NCBI GenBank assembly: GCA_013812515.1
Contig: JACCTI010000005.1
Coordinates: 1 to 50,194, forward strand
DNA length: 50,194 bases
Direction of reading: 5' to 3'
Origin: Chthoniobacterales bacterium
Lineage (GTDB): Bacteria > Verrucomicrobiota > Verrucomicrobiia > Chthoniobacterales > UBA10450
In this document: positions 28,032 to 37,300 of the stretch, in pieces
Position numbering within the stretch: position 1 is the first letter of the stretch
How the letters are laid out: every line of letters starts with the position of its first letter
Notes under the pieces: generated by a model
The model's input: only the letters and a program-made list of their open reading frames with translations
Databases searched by the model: none
Told to the model about the DNA's origin: nothing
Made by a program: the position numbers and the translations under genes

Positions 28032-28808
28032 TCATTTCACGCTTCTTTCCAGCACGAGTTCGCGCGTAGCCGACACCTCAGTGCGCTCGTCGCTCGGGCC
28101 CTTCGCAAGAGCCTGCGCCTCTTGGAGCAGTCGCAACGCGATGCGCCCCAGCAGAAATAAGATCACTGCGGAGGCGAGCAGGCCGCCACTCCAAAGCAAG
28201 TATTCGATCGCGCGCGGGTGCGTTTTGCCTCTGACCAAACGCAGTCCAAGCTGCCCGAGTGTGCCGAGATAAGCGTAGAGAAACAGGCCCGGCGCCTGAC
28301 CAATTGCGACCCATAGCATGCATGTGCGGAAACGAATCCGCGTCAAGCCGTACAGGTAATTCAACAGGCTTGTCGGAAATAACGGGTGCAGCTGACTAAG
28401 TAAAATGATTTTCCAACCTTCGCGTTCGACCGCCGGTTCCAGCGCTTCGAGGGTTGCATTGCGCATCAGACGTCGCCGCAGCCAGCGCTTTCCTACCCAG
28501 CGACTGATATAGAACGAAAGCGCCGCCCCCCCGACATTTCCGACGAGGACAATTAGGAAACCCCACCACAAACCGAAAAAAAATCCACCCCCGACGCTAA
28601 GAAAACCGCCAGGAAGTAGCAGCACATTACAGCAAGCGTAGAGCAGGGGGTAACAAATGGCACTCCAGGCGCCCCAACCCATCACGTGTTCCTGCACATC
28701 CGCCAGCCAATCGGCCACAGGGAAAAAGAGCGATAAGAGAACCACTGCGATGGACACAATGACCAGTCCCGCCACTTGAACAAAGACTGCGCGGTGGACG
28801 TGGAGCAT
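28032..28808 (-). CDS. TVP38/TMEM64 (DedA-related, SNARE-associated) family membrane protein
   Basis: LLPGGFLSVGGGFFFGLWWGFLIVLVGNVGGAALSFYISRWVGKRW and a downstream RL.PLFPTSLLNY. Confidence 0.8.
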   Translation of the reverse strand: MLHVHRAVFVQVAGLVIVSIAVVLLSLFFPVADWLADVQEHVMGWGAWSAICYPLLYACCNVLLLPGGFLSVGGGFFFGLWWGFLIVLVGNVGGAALSFYISRWVGKRWLRRRLMRNATLEALEPAVEREGWKIILLSQLHPLFPTSLLNYLYGLTRIRFRTCMLWVAIGQAPGLFLYAYLGTLGQLGLRLVRGKTHPRAIEYLLWSGGLLASAVILFLLGRIALRLLQEAQALAKGPSDERTEVSATRELVLERSVK

Positions 28809-28826
28809 CGCGAGATATTCGCAACG

Positions 28827-30650
28827 TCAGAGGCTCCGCGCAAACTCAGCCAACTCCACCGTCGTCTCATACTGCAGGAACGGCGTGATCAGATAAACGC
28901 CACCGTATTCGGAAAAGATCGCGCGCACGATCTCCTTGGCTAGCTCCACTCCGCGGGCGCGACCTTTCGCGCCTTCGCTCCCCATCATCTCTGCCCGCAC
29001 CGCATCAGGCACCACGATACCCGGCACTTCGTTATGCAGGAACTCCGCCTGCCGGCCACTTAGCAATGGCCAAACGCCGACGAAGATCGGAATGTTTAGA
29101 TGCGCCGTCCTCCGCTTCGTTTCCTTAATCAGGCGAACGTCGAAGACGGGCTGCGTCATCGCGTACTGCGCACCGGCCGCGACTTTGCGCTCCAACCGGC
29201 TTACCTGTGCATCAGGGTTCCGCGCGTTCGGGTTATAGGTGCAGCCGACGACGAATCGCGTGGCAGATTTGATCGACTTGCCAGCGTGGCTAAAACCTTC
29301 ATTCAACCGCTTGATGATCGAGATTAACTCCACCGAGTTCACATCGTAAACCGATGCTGCCCCGGGATGATCTCCCACCCTCGAAGGGTCACCTGTGAGC
29401 GGTAAAACATGTCGCATGCCGAGGGCAGCCATTCCCAGCAGCTCGCTCTGCAGCCCGAGCACATTACGATCGCGGCAACTCAAGTGCAGCAACGGCGTAA
29501 TCCCGAAGCGCTCCTTCAACATCGCGCCCATCGCAAGATTGCTGACACGCAGAATCGCAAGCGAATTGTCCGCCAACGTGATCGCATCGCATCCCGCTTT
29601 CACGAGCGCCTGCGCGCCGGCGAAAAACTTTTCCAAGACGAGAGTCTTCGGAGGATCAAGCTCACAGATAATCACACGCTGGCCACGTCCGATCCGATCG
29701 AGAAGACTCTCCTCCCCGGCAAGTTCCTGCGCGCGACTCCGGCTCGGCAGGGGCTCCGTCGCAATCCGCACCGTCTTGCTCTTGACTGGCTGCAAATCTG
29801 CAATTGCACTTGCGATCGCCCGGATGTGCGCCGGATTCGTCCCGCAACATCCCCCGACTAGCCGGGCGCCCTGCGCCACCATCTCGCGTGCGGCCTGCGC
29901 GAAGTAATCGGGCGCCGTGTGGTAGATAAAACGGCCCTCGTGATACTTCGGATATCCGGCGTTTGGGTATGCCGCGAGCAGATAATCAACCGGCACTCGC
30001 TCCAGCAGCTGCACCATCGCACGCGGACCGTTCATGCAATTGACGCCGAGAATTTTCGCACCGCTTTGCTGCAGTTTTCCGAACGCCTCCACGATCGGCG
30101 TGCCAGTGGGGAGCCGGCCTTCAGCGGCACACGCGAATGAACAGATCGCGAGAGCATCGCTTACTTCGTTTTTCACGCGAAGCGCCAGCGCCAGCTCCTC
30201 GAAATCCATGAACGTCTCGAAAAAGATCAGCTCCGCTCCGCCGTCGAGCAGCGCCGTAATATGTTCGCGAAAACAGTGCGCCCGATCTATTCCGCGCGCG
30301 CTCGCTTCATCCGCGCTGATCCCGAGCGGGCCGATACTTCCGGCCACGGCCACATCCTTGCCCTTCATCGCTGTGCGGGCGAGTTGCGCGGCCGCGCGAT
30401 TGATCTCGCCCACCTGATTCTCAAGCCCAAAGCGCGCCAGTCGCACCGCGTTCGCCCCAAACGTGTTCGTCTCGATAACGCGCGCACCAGCGCCTGCGTA
30501 TTGCTCGTGGGCAGTGCGGATCCGGTCCGGCTCACTTAAGCAGAGTTCTTCCAAACAGCGCTCCAGCGGCACGCCCCGTTCCAGCAGCAGCGTGCCCATC
30601 GCCCCATCTCCGCAAATCAGGCGTGTCTGGAGTTCATCGATCAAATCCAC
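28827..30650 (-). CDS. bifunctional homocysteine S-methyltransferase / 5,10-methylenetetrahydrofolate reductase (YitJ-like)
   Basis: The N-terminal Hcy-binding domain has GDGAMGT, ETNTFGAN and GGCCGT. The C-terminal MetF-like half has LHLSCRD, LTGD and GVWPL. GTG start. Confidence 0.85.
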   Translation of the reverse strand: MDLIDELQTRLICGDGAMGTLLLERGVPLERCLEELCLSEPDRIRTAHEQYAGAGARVIETNTFGANAVRLARFGLENQVGEINRAAAQLARTAMKGKDVAVAGSIGPLGISADEASARGIDRAHCFREHITALLDGGAELIFFETFMDFEELALALRVKNEVSDALAICSFACAAEGRLPTGTPIVEAFGKLQQSGAKILGVNCMNGPRAMVQLLERVPVDYLLAAYPNAGYPKYHEGRFIYHTAPDYFAQAAREMVAQGARLVGGCCGTNPAHIRAIASAIADLQPVKSKTVRIATEPLPSRSRAQELAGEESLLDRIGRGQRVIICELDPPKTLVLEKFFAGAQALVKAGCDAITLADNSLAILRVSNLAMGAMLKERFGITPLLHLSCRDRNVLGLQSELLGMAALGMRHVLPLTGDPSRVGDHPGAASVYDVNSVELISIIKRLNEGFSHAGKSIKSATRFVVGCTYNPNARNPDAQVSRLERKVAAGAQYAMTQPVFDVRLIKETKRRTAHLNIPIFVGVWPLLSGRQAEFLHNEVPGIVVPDAVRAEMMGSEGAKGRARGVELAKEIVRAIFSEYGGVYLITPFLQYETTVELAEFARSL

Positions 30651-30771
30651 CGCTCGATGGGATTACCGCCAACGCACGCGTCGGTCAACGCTATAGAGAA
30701 GAGACAAATTACTACCTGCGCGCGAGGCTAGTGCGGAGCACTGCCGTGGTGTAGTTTCGAAATGGGTTGCA

Positions 30772-33331
30772 TTGATTACGTCACGTCGCCGCCGTTTGTG
30801 CATCGCCCTCTTCGCGACGGCGCCGCTCTGTTTCGCTCCGTCCGGTGCCGCGGCAGCGCAGCCTGCTTCCGTCACCAGCGACCATCGCTCGGTTGATCGC
30901 GCGCGGCTACCGGAAGCTCTCCGCAACGTGCCGCTCGAGCATCTCTCTTCCGGTGCACTCCTGCGTCTGGATGTCGATGGAGAGCTAGTGGAGGCGGCTG
31001 ACATCTACTCTGCGCGGCGGGAGCGCTCACTCCGCTCGACTTCCCGCATGACGGCGCCGATTCTCTCGTTAGACCCGCGCGTCGCCTCGAACATTCGCCT
31101 CGGCGATGATCCGCCCGCCTTACCGCAAACCCTTCCGGGCTCAGGCTGAGCCGCACATCGCGCGCGCGCCTTCCAATCCCGACTTTCTCCTCGCCACATT
31201 TCAGGAGGGCCGCTTCACGAATGGTGGTGCCGTGGATTGCGGCTATTCCGTCAGCCGTGATGGCGGACTGACGTGGAGCCGTGCGCTGAGTCCAAAGCTG
31301 ACCACCACCAGCGGCGGCCCATATTTGCGCGCGACCGATCCGGTGGCGGCCGTTGACTTGAACGGCACCGCGTATCTGAACACAATCGGCGCAACGAACT
31401 CGCAGTTCACCACTGGCGCCGTTGTTGTTAGTCGTTCGACCGACGGCGGCAATAGCTTCCTGCAGCCTGTGGTGGTTTATCAATCCGCGAATAGCACTCT
31501 CCTTCCCGACAAGAATTGGATGGCGGTGAACACCTTCGCCGGAACGCCGACGGTCGGGCGGATTGTTGTGACCTACTCTCTCTTCGACTTCGCCAACCTG
31601 AGCGTGAATGGCGCTCCAATCATGCGCTCGTTCAGCGATAATGGCGGGCTGACCTGGAGCGCTCCCGCAGCCATCTCTCCGACAACACGCGACACGCAAT
31701 CATCCCAGCCGGTATTTCTGGCGGACGGCCGGCTGGCGATCGTGTTTTGGAACTTCAACAACACGGATTCGAGCGCCGATGATTTTATGCAAGTCGTCGT
31801 CTCGAACGACGGCGGCAATACATTCGGCGCGCCGAAGTTTATTACCCCGGTAAATCTCTATGCCGAACCGGCGATTCGCAGCGGTGGCTTTCTGCCTTCG
31901 GCAAACGCGGACCGCGCCGGCCATCTCTTTGTTGTCTATCAGGCGCTCAGCGCCGGCTCGCCAAAAATCCTCTTCACAAAGTCATCAAACGCCGGCGATA
32001 CCTGGACCGCGCCAATTCCCATCACTGATAATCCGGTGGGTTCCGGTGTCTTTAATCCTGCGGTGTCTGCTTCGCCTGACGGTCAGATCGTGACGGTTGT
32101 GTTCTACGATCATCGCGACAATCCCGGTTCGACCACCCTCGTGGATATGTACCTCGCGCAATCGTTCGACGGGGGTGCAACGTGGCGGCCGAACATTCGT
32201 CTCACCAACGTCTCGAGCGATGCCACTCTCGCCCCGCTCACGGGCGGCGGCTACATGCTAGGCGATTATCTTGGCGTGGCGGAACCGACCAGCCGCGATG
32301 TCCCGGCCGTGCCCGTCTGGATCGATACGCGCACCGGTAATCCCGACCCGTTCGTTGCGCGCGTCGGTATTGCGCCGTCATTCGATTTCACGAGCTGGCA
32401 GGCCGGTCGTCTCTCGTTAGGCCAAATCACTAATCCAGCCACCGGTGGTCAGGCAGGCGATGCGGACCACGATGGCGAAGACAACAAGTCCGAGTTCCTA
32501 AGCGGCACAGATCCGAATGACGCGGCCTCTGTCTCTCATACCGCGCGGCAACTAAACATCTCCACGCGCACGCGCGTCGAAGCGGGGGATGAAAACGCGC
32601 TTATCGGGGGATTCATCATCACAGGCAGCGATCCGAAGCAGGTGATCGTCCGTGCGATCGGCCCGTCGCTTACTGCGCGCGGCGTTCCGGGTGCTTTGCA
32701 GAATCCGACACTCGAGCTCGCGCCGGAGAACGGCGCACACATTTTCAACGACAACTGGAAGGACGCGGACACCGCCGCCATTCAAGCGACCGGCATCCCT
32801 CCGGTGGACGATCGTGAATCGGCCATCGTGCAGACGCTCGCGCCTGGGCGCTACACCGCGATCGTGAGAGGGGTGAGCAACACGACCGGGGTCGCACTAG
32901 TTGAGGTCTACGAGATCCCGCCGGCAAACTCTTCGCAGCTCGGAAACATCAGCAGCCGAAGTTTTGTGGGGCTGGACGACAATGTGATGATTGGCGGATT
33001 TATTGTCGGCAGCGGACAGGGAATCAACGGAACTGGAAGCGTGCGGGTTGTCGTGCGTGGCATCGGCCCGTCCCTGGCGAGCCGCGGCGTTTCCGGTCCG
33101 CTGCAGGATCCAGAGCTGCTTCTGTTCAACAGCAACGGCACCCCGATCGCCGCAAACGACAATTGGAGAAGCACGCAGCAATCCGAGATTGAGGCGAGCG
33201 GCCTGGCGCCGGAAGATGATCGCGAGGCTGCGATATCAACGACACTGACGCAGGGCAACTATACGGCGATCGTGCGCGGCAAGAACGGCACGATTGGAGT
33301 TGGTCTGGTAGAGGTTTACACCGTTCGGTAG
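30772..33331 (+). pseudogene. secreted BNR/Asp-box sialidase-like beta-propeller protein with two C-terminal tandem domains; reading frame broken near 31126-31136
   Basis: The signal peptide and N-terminus (…NIRLGDDPPALPQ) are in frame 1 and stop at 31149. The continuation (RAQAEPHIARAPSNPDFLLATFQEGR…) is in frame 2. Six Asp-boxes are present (SRDGGLTW, STDGGNSF, SDNGGLTW, SNDGGNTF, SNAGDTW, SFDGGATW). Confidence 0.7.
32549..33325 (+). repeat. two tandem copies of a ~125-aa domain at the C-terminus of the sialidase-like protein (coding repeat)
   Basis: Copy 1 (32549-32914) and copy 2 (32936-33325) share the skeleton QL.NIS.R..V...DN..IGGFI..G......V.RAIGPSL...GV.G.L.DP.L.L.......ND.W......I.A.G..P.DD.E.AI...L..G.YTAIV.G.....GV.LVEVY. 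Confidence 0.6.
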
Positions 33332-33564
33332 ACGCTGCCGATCACGCTTCCAACTCGTAACCGAAGGGACGCTGAGTGCAGCGGAATGCGACACCCGACC
33401 GTGGGACAACTACTGTATGTTAGGTAAATTTGGGTAACACGTGGAAATCCTTGGGTAGCGCACGCGCCTCACGTGCTGTTGTCGCGCCTTCGCTGCGCGA
33501 ACTTCCCCCTTTCTTTCCTTCAGCATATGAGAGCAATGCCAGAGCGGGTTCCTTTTCGGGCGAA

Positions 33565-33674
33565 GTTGTAGCCGGGGGCGTTGACCCCCGGCGGCGCGGA
33601 CGCTGCTACTTCAACGGTCTGCGGGCGCGCGGACTGCCGATTCCCGCAAAGTCGGGTCAGCGCCCCGCTACAAC
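33565..33674. repeat. REPIN-like inverted pair, family A (GTAG-headed palindromes)
   Basis: GTTGTAGCCGGGGGCGTTGACCCCCGGC (33565-33592) and the inverted GGGTCAGCGCCCCGCTACAAC (33654-33674), inside a 450-bp non-coding gap. Confidence 0.55.
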
Positions 33675-33785
33675 TCGCGTGTTTCAACCGAAATCTTCTT
33701 GGCAAATGCCCTCGCGAAGCTCGTTAGTCCCGGCTGCAACTTTCATGACCAGTCGAATGCTTTGCGGCGGAATTACGAGAATGCG

Positions 33786-34595
33786 CTACGCGCAGCTTTC
33801 GCGTTGGGGCATATGCATCGTGAGGCACTTGCACGCCCCGCCGGCTTTCAGAAATTCACTCATCGGTAGAGGATGGCAAGAGTAGCCACGATCGCGAAGC
33901 TGCGCGATCACGCTTCGCGCGCCCTCCGGCAAAACGATGTCGTGGTCGAGCACGACCGCATTGCAGCAGAATCCAGTCGCCTCTTCCTCCGGCACGTCGA
34001 TCAGGTTCGGCAGATGATCACGGATGGCACGCTGGCCGTACTCATCAAAGGCGGCCGGGAACCACATCGCGCCACCATCCGTCAACGGACAGAAGCAGGT
34101 ATCAATGTGATAAAACCGGGGGTCGACCAGCTCGACCGAGATGACTAGACAGCCTAACAAGTCGGCGACGGCGCGGTGCGAATTGATGTCGGTACGGAAT
34201 TTGTAGCCGCAGAAAAGAGCGTCGCCGCCAAACAGCGCGTCACCTTCGCCTTCGAAATACAAATTCGACGGCAGCCAGCTGATTTCATAGCCGCGCTCCT
34301 CCATCCATTTCGCAAAGAGCGGCGCTTCTCCGGAACGTTCCTGGTGTCGAAAATTGCTCGGGATGAATTTGCGCCCGACCGTGAGCCCTGCATTTGCGGT
34401 GAAGACCATGTCCGGCAGCCGTTCTTTTGGCGGGATCAGGTGCACTTTCGCGTCCAGCTTCGAGAGTGTCTCGTAGAGTCCCTTCCACTGCGCCTGCACC
34501 AGCGGTGTATCGGCGCCACGGGCGCGGCTCATCCACGGGTTGATCTCATACTCGATGCCGTAGTGATCCGGCGGGCAAAGAAGCAGCTCGCGCAT
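33786..34595 (-). CDS. guanidino-group-modifying enzyme (amidinotransferase/arginine dihydrolase-like fold), similar to the N-terminal domain of ArgZ/AgrE
   Basis: LLCPPDHYGIEYEINPWM start, FTANAGL, HIDTCFCPL, and the C-terminal catalytic-Cys motif KAGGACKCLTM. Confidence 0.7.
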   Translation of the reverse strand: MRELLLCPPDHYGIEYEINPWMSRARGADTPLVQAQWKGLYETLSKLDAKVHLIPPKERLPDMVFTANAGLTVGRKFIPSNFRHQERSGEAPLFAKWMEERGYEISWLPSNLYFEGEGDALFGGDALFCGYKFRTDINSHRAVADLLGCLVISVELVDPRFYHIDTCFCPLTDGGAMWFPAAFDEYGQRAIRDHLPNLIDVPEEEATGFCCNAVVLDHDIVLPEGARSVIAQLRDRGYSCHPLPMSEFLKAGGACKCLTMHMPQRESCA

Positions 34596-34605
34596 GCGAC
34601 AGAAA

Positions 34606-35850
34606 TTACGCCACCGCGGCGCCGTTCGCGCCGGCGGAGGCTTCGATGTTTTCCGTCAGCTCGCGCAAGAACGGCTTCACATCTGTGACCAAACCGACGG
34701 CCTGGAATGGTTGGTAACTCGTTAGGCGATTCACCACTCGGGGATCGATATCGACGCAGACAATTTTCACCGTCGCAGGAACCATGTTCAGAACGGCAAT
34801 AGAGTGCAGCATCGAGCCCATCATGAGCACCAGCGCAACGTCGCGAACTTTCTCGCGCATGATGCGCTGCGCCTCAACCGCGTCCGTCGTGACGCCTGGA
34901 ATGGGCCCCTCATCACGAATCGAGCCCGAAAGAACAATGTCGACGCCCTGTCGCACGCAAGCGTGCATGATCCCGCGCGTGAGAATCTTCTGCTCAACCG
35001 CTTCTGCGATCCCACCCGCCTCGCGAATCCTGTTGATCGCGCGCATGTGATTCACGTGGCCGGCATCACTCAATGCGCCGTGCTCCAGGTTCACACCGAG
35101 CGAAGTGCCGTAGAGTGCGCTTTCCACATCGTAAACGGCCAGGCCGTTCCCCGTGAAAAGACGCTGCACATAGCCGTGGGTGATCAGGCTCTCCAAATAA
35201 GCGCCCGCGCCTGTGTGCACCACCGCCGGTCCGGCGACGACGAGGATTTGCCCGTGCTCTTTCCGGATGCGCTGGAACTCGCCGGCTAGCTCGCGGATGA
35301 TCGCCGTCTTCGGCGTCTCCGACGAGATCTGGTTGTTGAAATTGAAAACGCTCGTGTGTGATGTCTCACGTTCCGCAGCCTGGACGCGAATCCCTTGTTG
35401 CCCCACGACAACATCATCGCCTTTCCTGACCTCGTAGAACTTCACGCTGCGTGCGGTCCGCCCGTCGCGATTAACCACGATGGCGCTGTCCATCATGGGT
35501 GACTCAACCGCGAGCTCTTTGCCGCCGATCTGCGCGAACGTTTGCTGGTTGGTTGTGACGTAGAAATCCTCCGGAAAAACTCCATCAGCCGGCGCCGGCG
35601 CAAGCTGCACTTCTTTGCGCTCCACTACCTCGGCGCCGTGCTGACGGAGTCGCAGGAGAAGATCTCCCAGGGCGTCGTTAGAAGCGGATGAAACGTCGAT
35701 CCGCGCGTAGCTTTGATCGACGCGGTTCTGCCCGATCCGGATTTCGGCGATCGTAAATTCGGCGCCGCGGGTCAGGATTTCATCCAGCACCTTCGGCAGG
35801 ATCAGGGAATCGATGATGTGGCCGCGCAATTCGACAGTTTCGGATGACAT
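34606..35850 (-). CDS. TIGR00300-family LOR/SDH conserved-region protein (putative ornithine cyclodeaminase-type enzyme), similar to the C-terminal domain of ArgZ/AgrE
   Basis: ELRGHIIDSLILPKVLDEI...IAEIRIG.......YARIDVS at the N-terminus. Rossmann-like GPAVVHTGAG. Stop lies 10 nt upstream of the next gene. Start at the ATG at 35850. Confidence 0.75.
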   Translation of the reverse strand: MSSETVELRGHIIDSLILPKVLDEILTRGAEFTIAEIRIGQNRVDQSYARIDVSSASNDALGDLLLRLRQHGAEVVERKEVQLAPAPADGVFPEDFYVTTNQQTFAQIGGKELAVESPMMDSAIVVNRDGRTARSVKFYEVRKGDDVVVGQQGIRVQAAERETSHTSVFNFNNQISSETPKTAIIRELAGEFQRIRKEHGQILVVAGPAVVHTGAGAYLESLITHGYVQRLFTGNGLAVYDVESALYGTSLGVNLEHGALSDAGHVNHMRAINRIREAGGIAEAVEQKILTRGIMHACVRQGVDIVLSGSIRDEGPIPGVTTDAVEAQRIMREKVRDVALVLMMGSMLHSIAVLNMVPATVKIVCVDIDPRVVNRLTSYQPFQAVGLVTDVKPFLRELTENIEASAGANGAAVA

Positions 35851-35938
35851 CGGCAGCCACCCTAGCCTAAGGGTGCGCGACGCGCCAACTTGCCGCGGCC
35901 CCAAGACAAGGCCAGCGCCTCGTCAGGTTTCGTTTCTC

Positions 35939-36133
35939 ATGCTGAAGGAGCTGTGGATTATGGACGAAATGGAGAAACCGGAAGCGCACGGCTCGCCGTC
36001 GGAGAAGGCACGAAAGTCGCTCGGCGAGAAGTTAAATCGGCCGGCCAAGCCGCCGCCAACGTTCCCCGGCAAGAAAGCGGAGAAGAACGATCCGCTGGCG
36101 CGTCGCGTGACGGACGAAGTCGATGATCTCTGA
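35939..36133 (+). CDS. hypothetical small charged protein (64 aa)
   Basis: ATG ORF with GC-rich third positions. Lys/Glu/Pro-rich and probably disordered. Overlaps the next ORF by 11 nt. Confidence 0.4.
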   Translation: MLKELWIMDEMEKPEAHGSPSEKARKSLGEKLNRPAKPPPTFPGKKAEKNDPLARRVTDEVDDL

Positions 36134-36335
36134 CGATCTCTTCGCGCTGGAGACAAAGATTTCCGCGGAGCTGGCACAGCGGCCGGAATGTTTCATCACC
36201 CATCCGGCCGAGGTGCAGGTGTTCGAACAGATCTCGGAGGGCGAATTAAACGACTTTGCGCATCGGCACGGATGGCGTGTCGTGCGGCGACTCGGCGGTA
36301 AGCAGATTCAATTCTACCACGACGCGACCGAGTAA
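36123..36335 (+). CDS. hypothetical small protein (70 aa)
   Basis: ATG ORF with GC-rich third positions, translationally coupled to the upstream small ORF. No family recognised. Confidence 0.45.
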   Translation: MISDDLFALETKISAELAQRPECFITHPAEVQVFEQISEGELNDFAHRHGWRVVRRLGGKQIQFYHDATE

Positions 36336-36346
36336 CTGCGGTCGAA

Positions 36347-36373
36347 GTTTAGCCGGGGGCGTTGACCCCGGGG
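36347..36373 (+). repeat. single family A palindromic repeat
   Basis: GTTTAGCCGGGGGCGTTGACCCCGGGG, between the convergent small ORF and thiG. The stem is CCGGGG/CCCCGG. Confidence 0.5.
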
Positions 36374-36405
36374 CGGGGAGAGGAGGTTTCTAGCTTCCTC
36401 TGCCA

Positions 36406-37227
36406 CTACTGTTCGTACGTTGCGGGCTGTTCAGTGAAGAAACCCGTCAGCGGGCTAGTTGCGCTGGCGGTTGCCCGCGCCTCCGCCAAGCCGATCTCAT
36501 AAGCTTCACGGCCCGCTTCCACTGCTTTGCGGAACGCCTGTGCCATGCGACTCGGGTCCGAAGCGATCGCAATTGCCGTGTTTACGAGCACAGCGTCAGC
36601 ACCCATCTCCAACGCTTCGGACGCTTGACTCGGCGCGCCCAAACCCGCGTCGACCACCACGGGAACCGTGGCTTGTTCAATGATGATCTCAATTTGCGCG
36701 CGCGTCTCAATCCCGCGATGGCTCCCGATTGGCGAGCCGAGCGGCATGACCGTAGCAGTGCCGACGTCCTGCAGCCGCTTCGCGAGCACCGGATCGGCGT
36801 TGATATAGGGCAGGACGACAAAGCCTTCCTTCGCGAGAATTTCCGCGGCAGCCAGCGTCTCGACACCGTCGGGCAGCAGGTAACGTGGATCGGGATGAAT
36901 CTCGAGCTTCACCCAATTCGGCAGGCCCGCGGTGACAGCGAGCCGCGCCAGGCGGACAGCTTCCCCAGCGTTGCGCGCGCCGCTCGTATTGGGCAAAAGC
37001 AGGAAACGTTTTGGATCGATGAAATCGAGAATGTTCGCGAACGGGTCGCCCTTGCCGGAAAGGTCCGCGCGGCGCAGTGCCACCGTCACGATCTCCGTCC
37101 CGCTTGCTTCCAGCGCGTCCCGCATCAACTCGTTAGACGCGAACTTGCCCGTGCCCACGAGCAGGCGGGAAGTAAACTCCCGGTCAGCGATCTTCAGCTT
37201 GGAGGGCTTGTCAGACATCGAGAGCAA
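36406..37227 (-). CDS. thiG: thiazole synthase
   Basis: [63 protein letters not shown]. Confidence 0.92.
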   Translation of the reverse strand: MLSMSDKPSKLKIADREFTSRLLVGTGKFASNELMRDALEASGTEIVTVALRRADLSGKGDPFANILDFIDPKRFLLLPNTSGARNAGEAVRLARLAVTAGLPNWVKLEIHPDPRYLLPDGVETLAAAEILAKEGFVVLPYINADPVLAKRLQDVGTATVMPLGSPIGSHRGIETRAQIEIIIEQATVPVVVDAGLGAPSQASEALEMGADAVLVNTAIAIASDPSRMAQAFRKAVEAGREAYEIGLAEARATASATSPLTGFFTEQPATYEQ

Positions 37228-37300
37228 TTTAACAGCCTTCGAGCCGGGCTAAACCCGGAATTTGTTGTTCACTCTCCCCCTGCCGGTAATCTCCTCCCGC

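Noticed and set aside
33430-33885. A 151-aa ORF in the 450-bp gap downstream of the sialidase-like gene.
   Set aside because: It reads through two palindromic REP copies and overlaps the 3' end of the convergent guanidino-modifying enzyme gene. It has low-complexity composition and no recognisable motifs.
37228-37300. A TPP riboswitch upstream of thiG, and a SAM-type riboswitch upstream of the homocysteine methyltransferase/MTHFR gene (30651-30771).
   Set aside because: The thiG leader is only ~70 nt and lacks the CUGAGA / ACCUGA TPP core. I found no SAM-I or SAM-II consensus elements by eye in 30651-30771. A covariance-model scan would be needed to exclude them fully.
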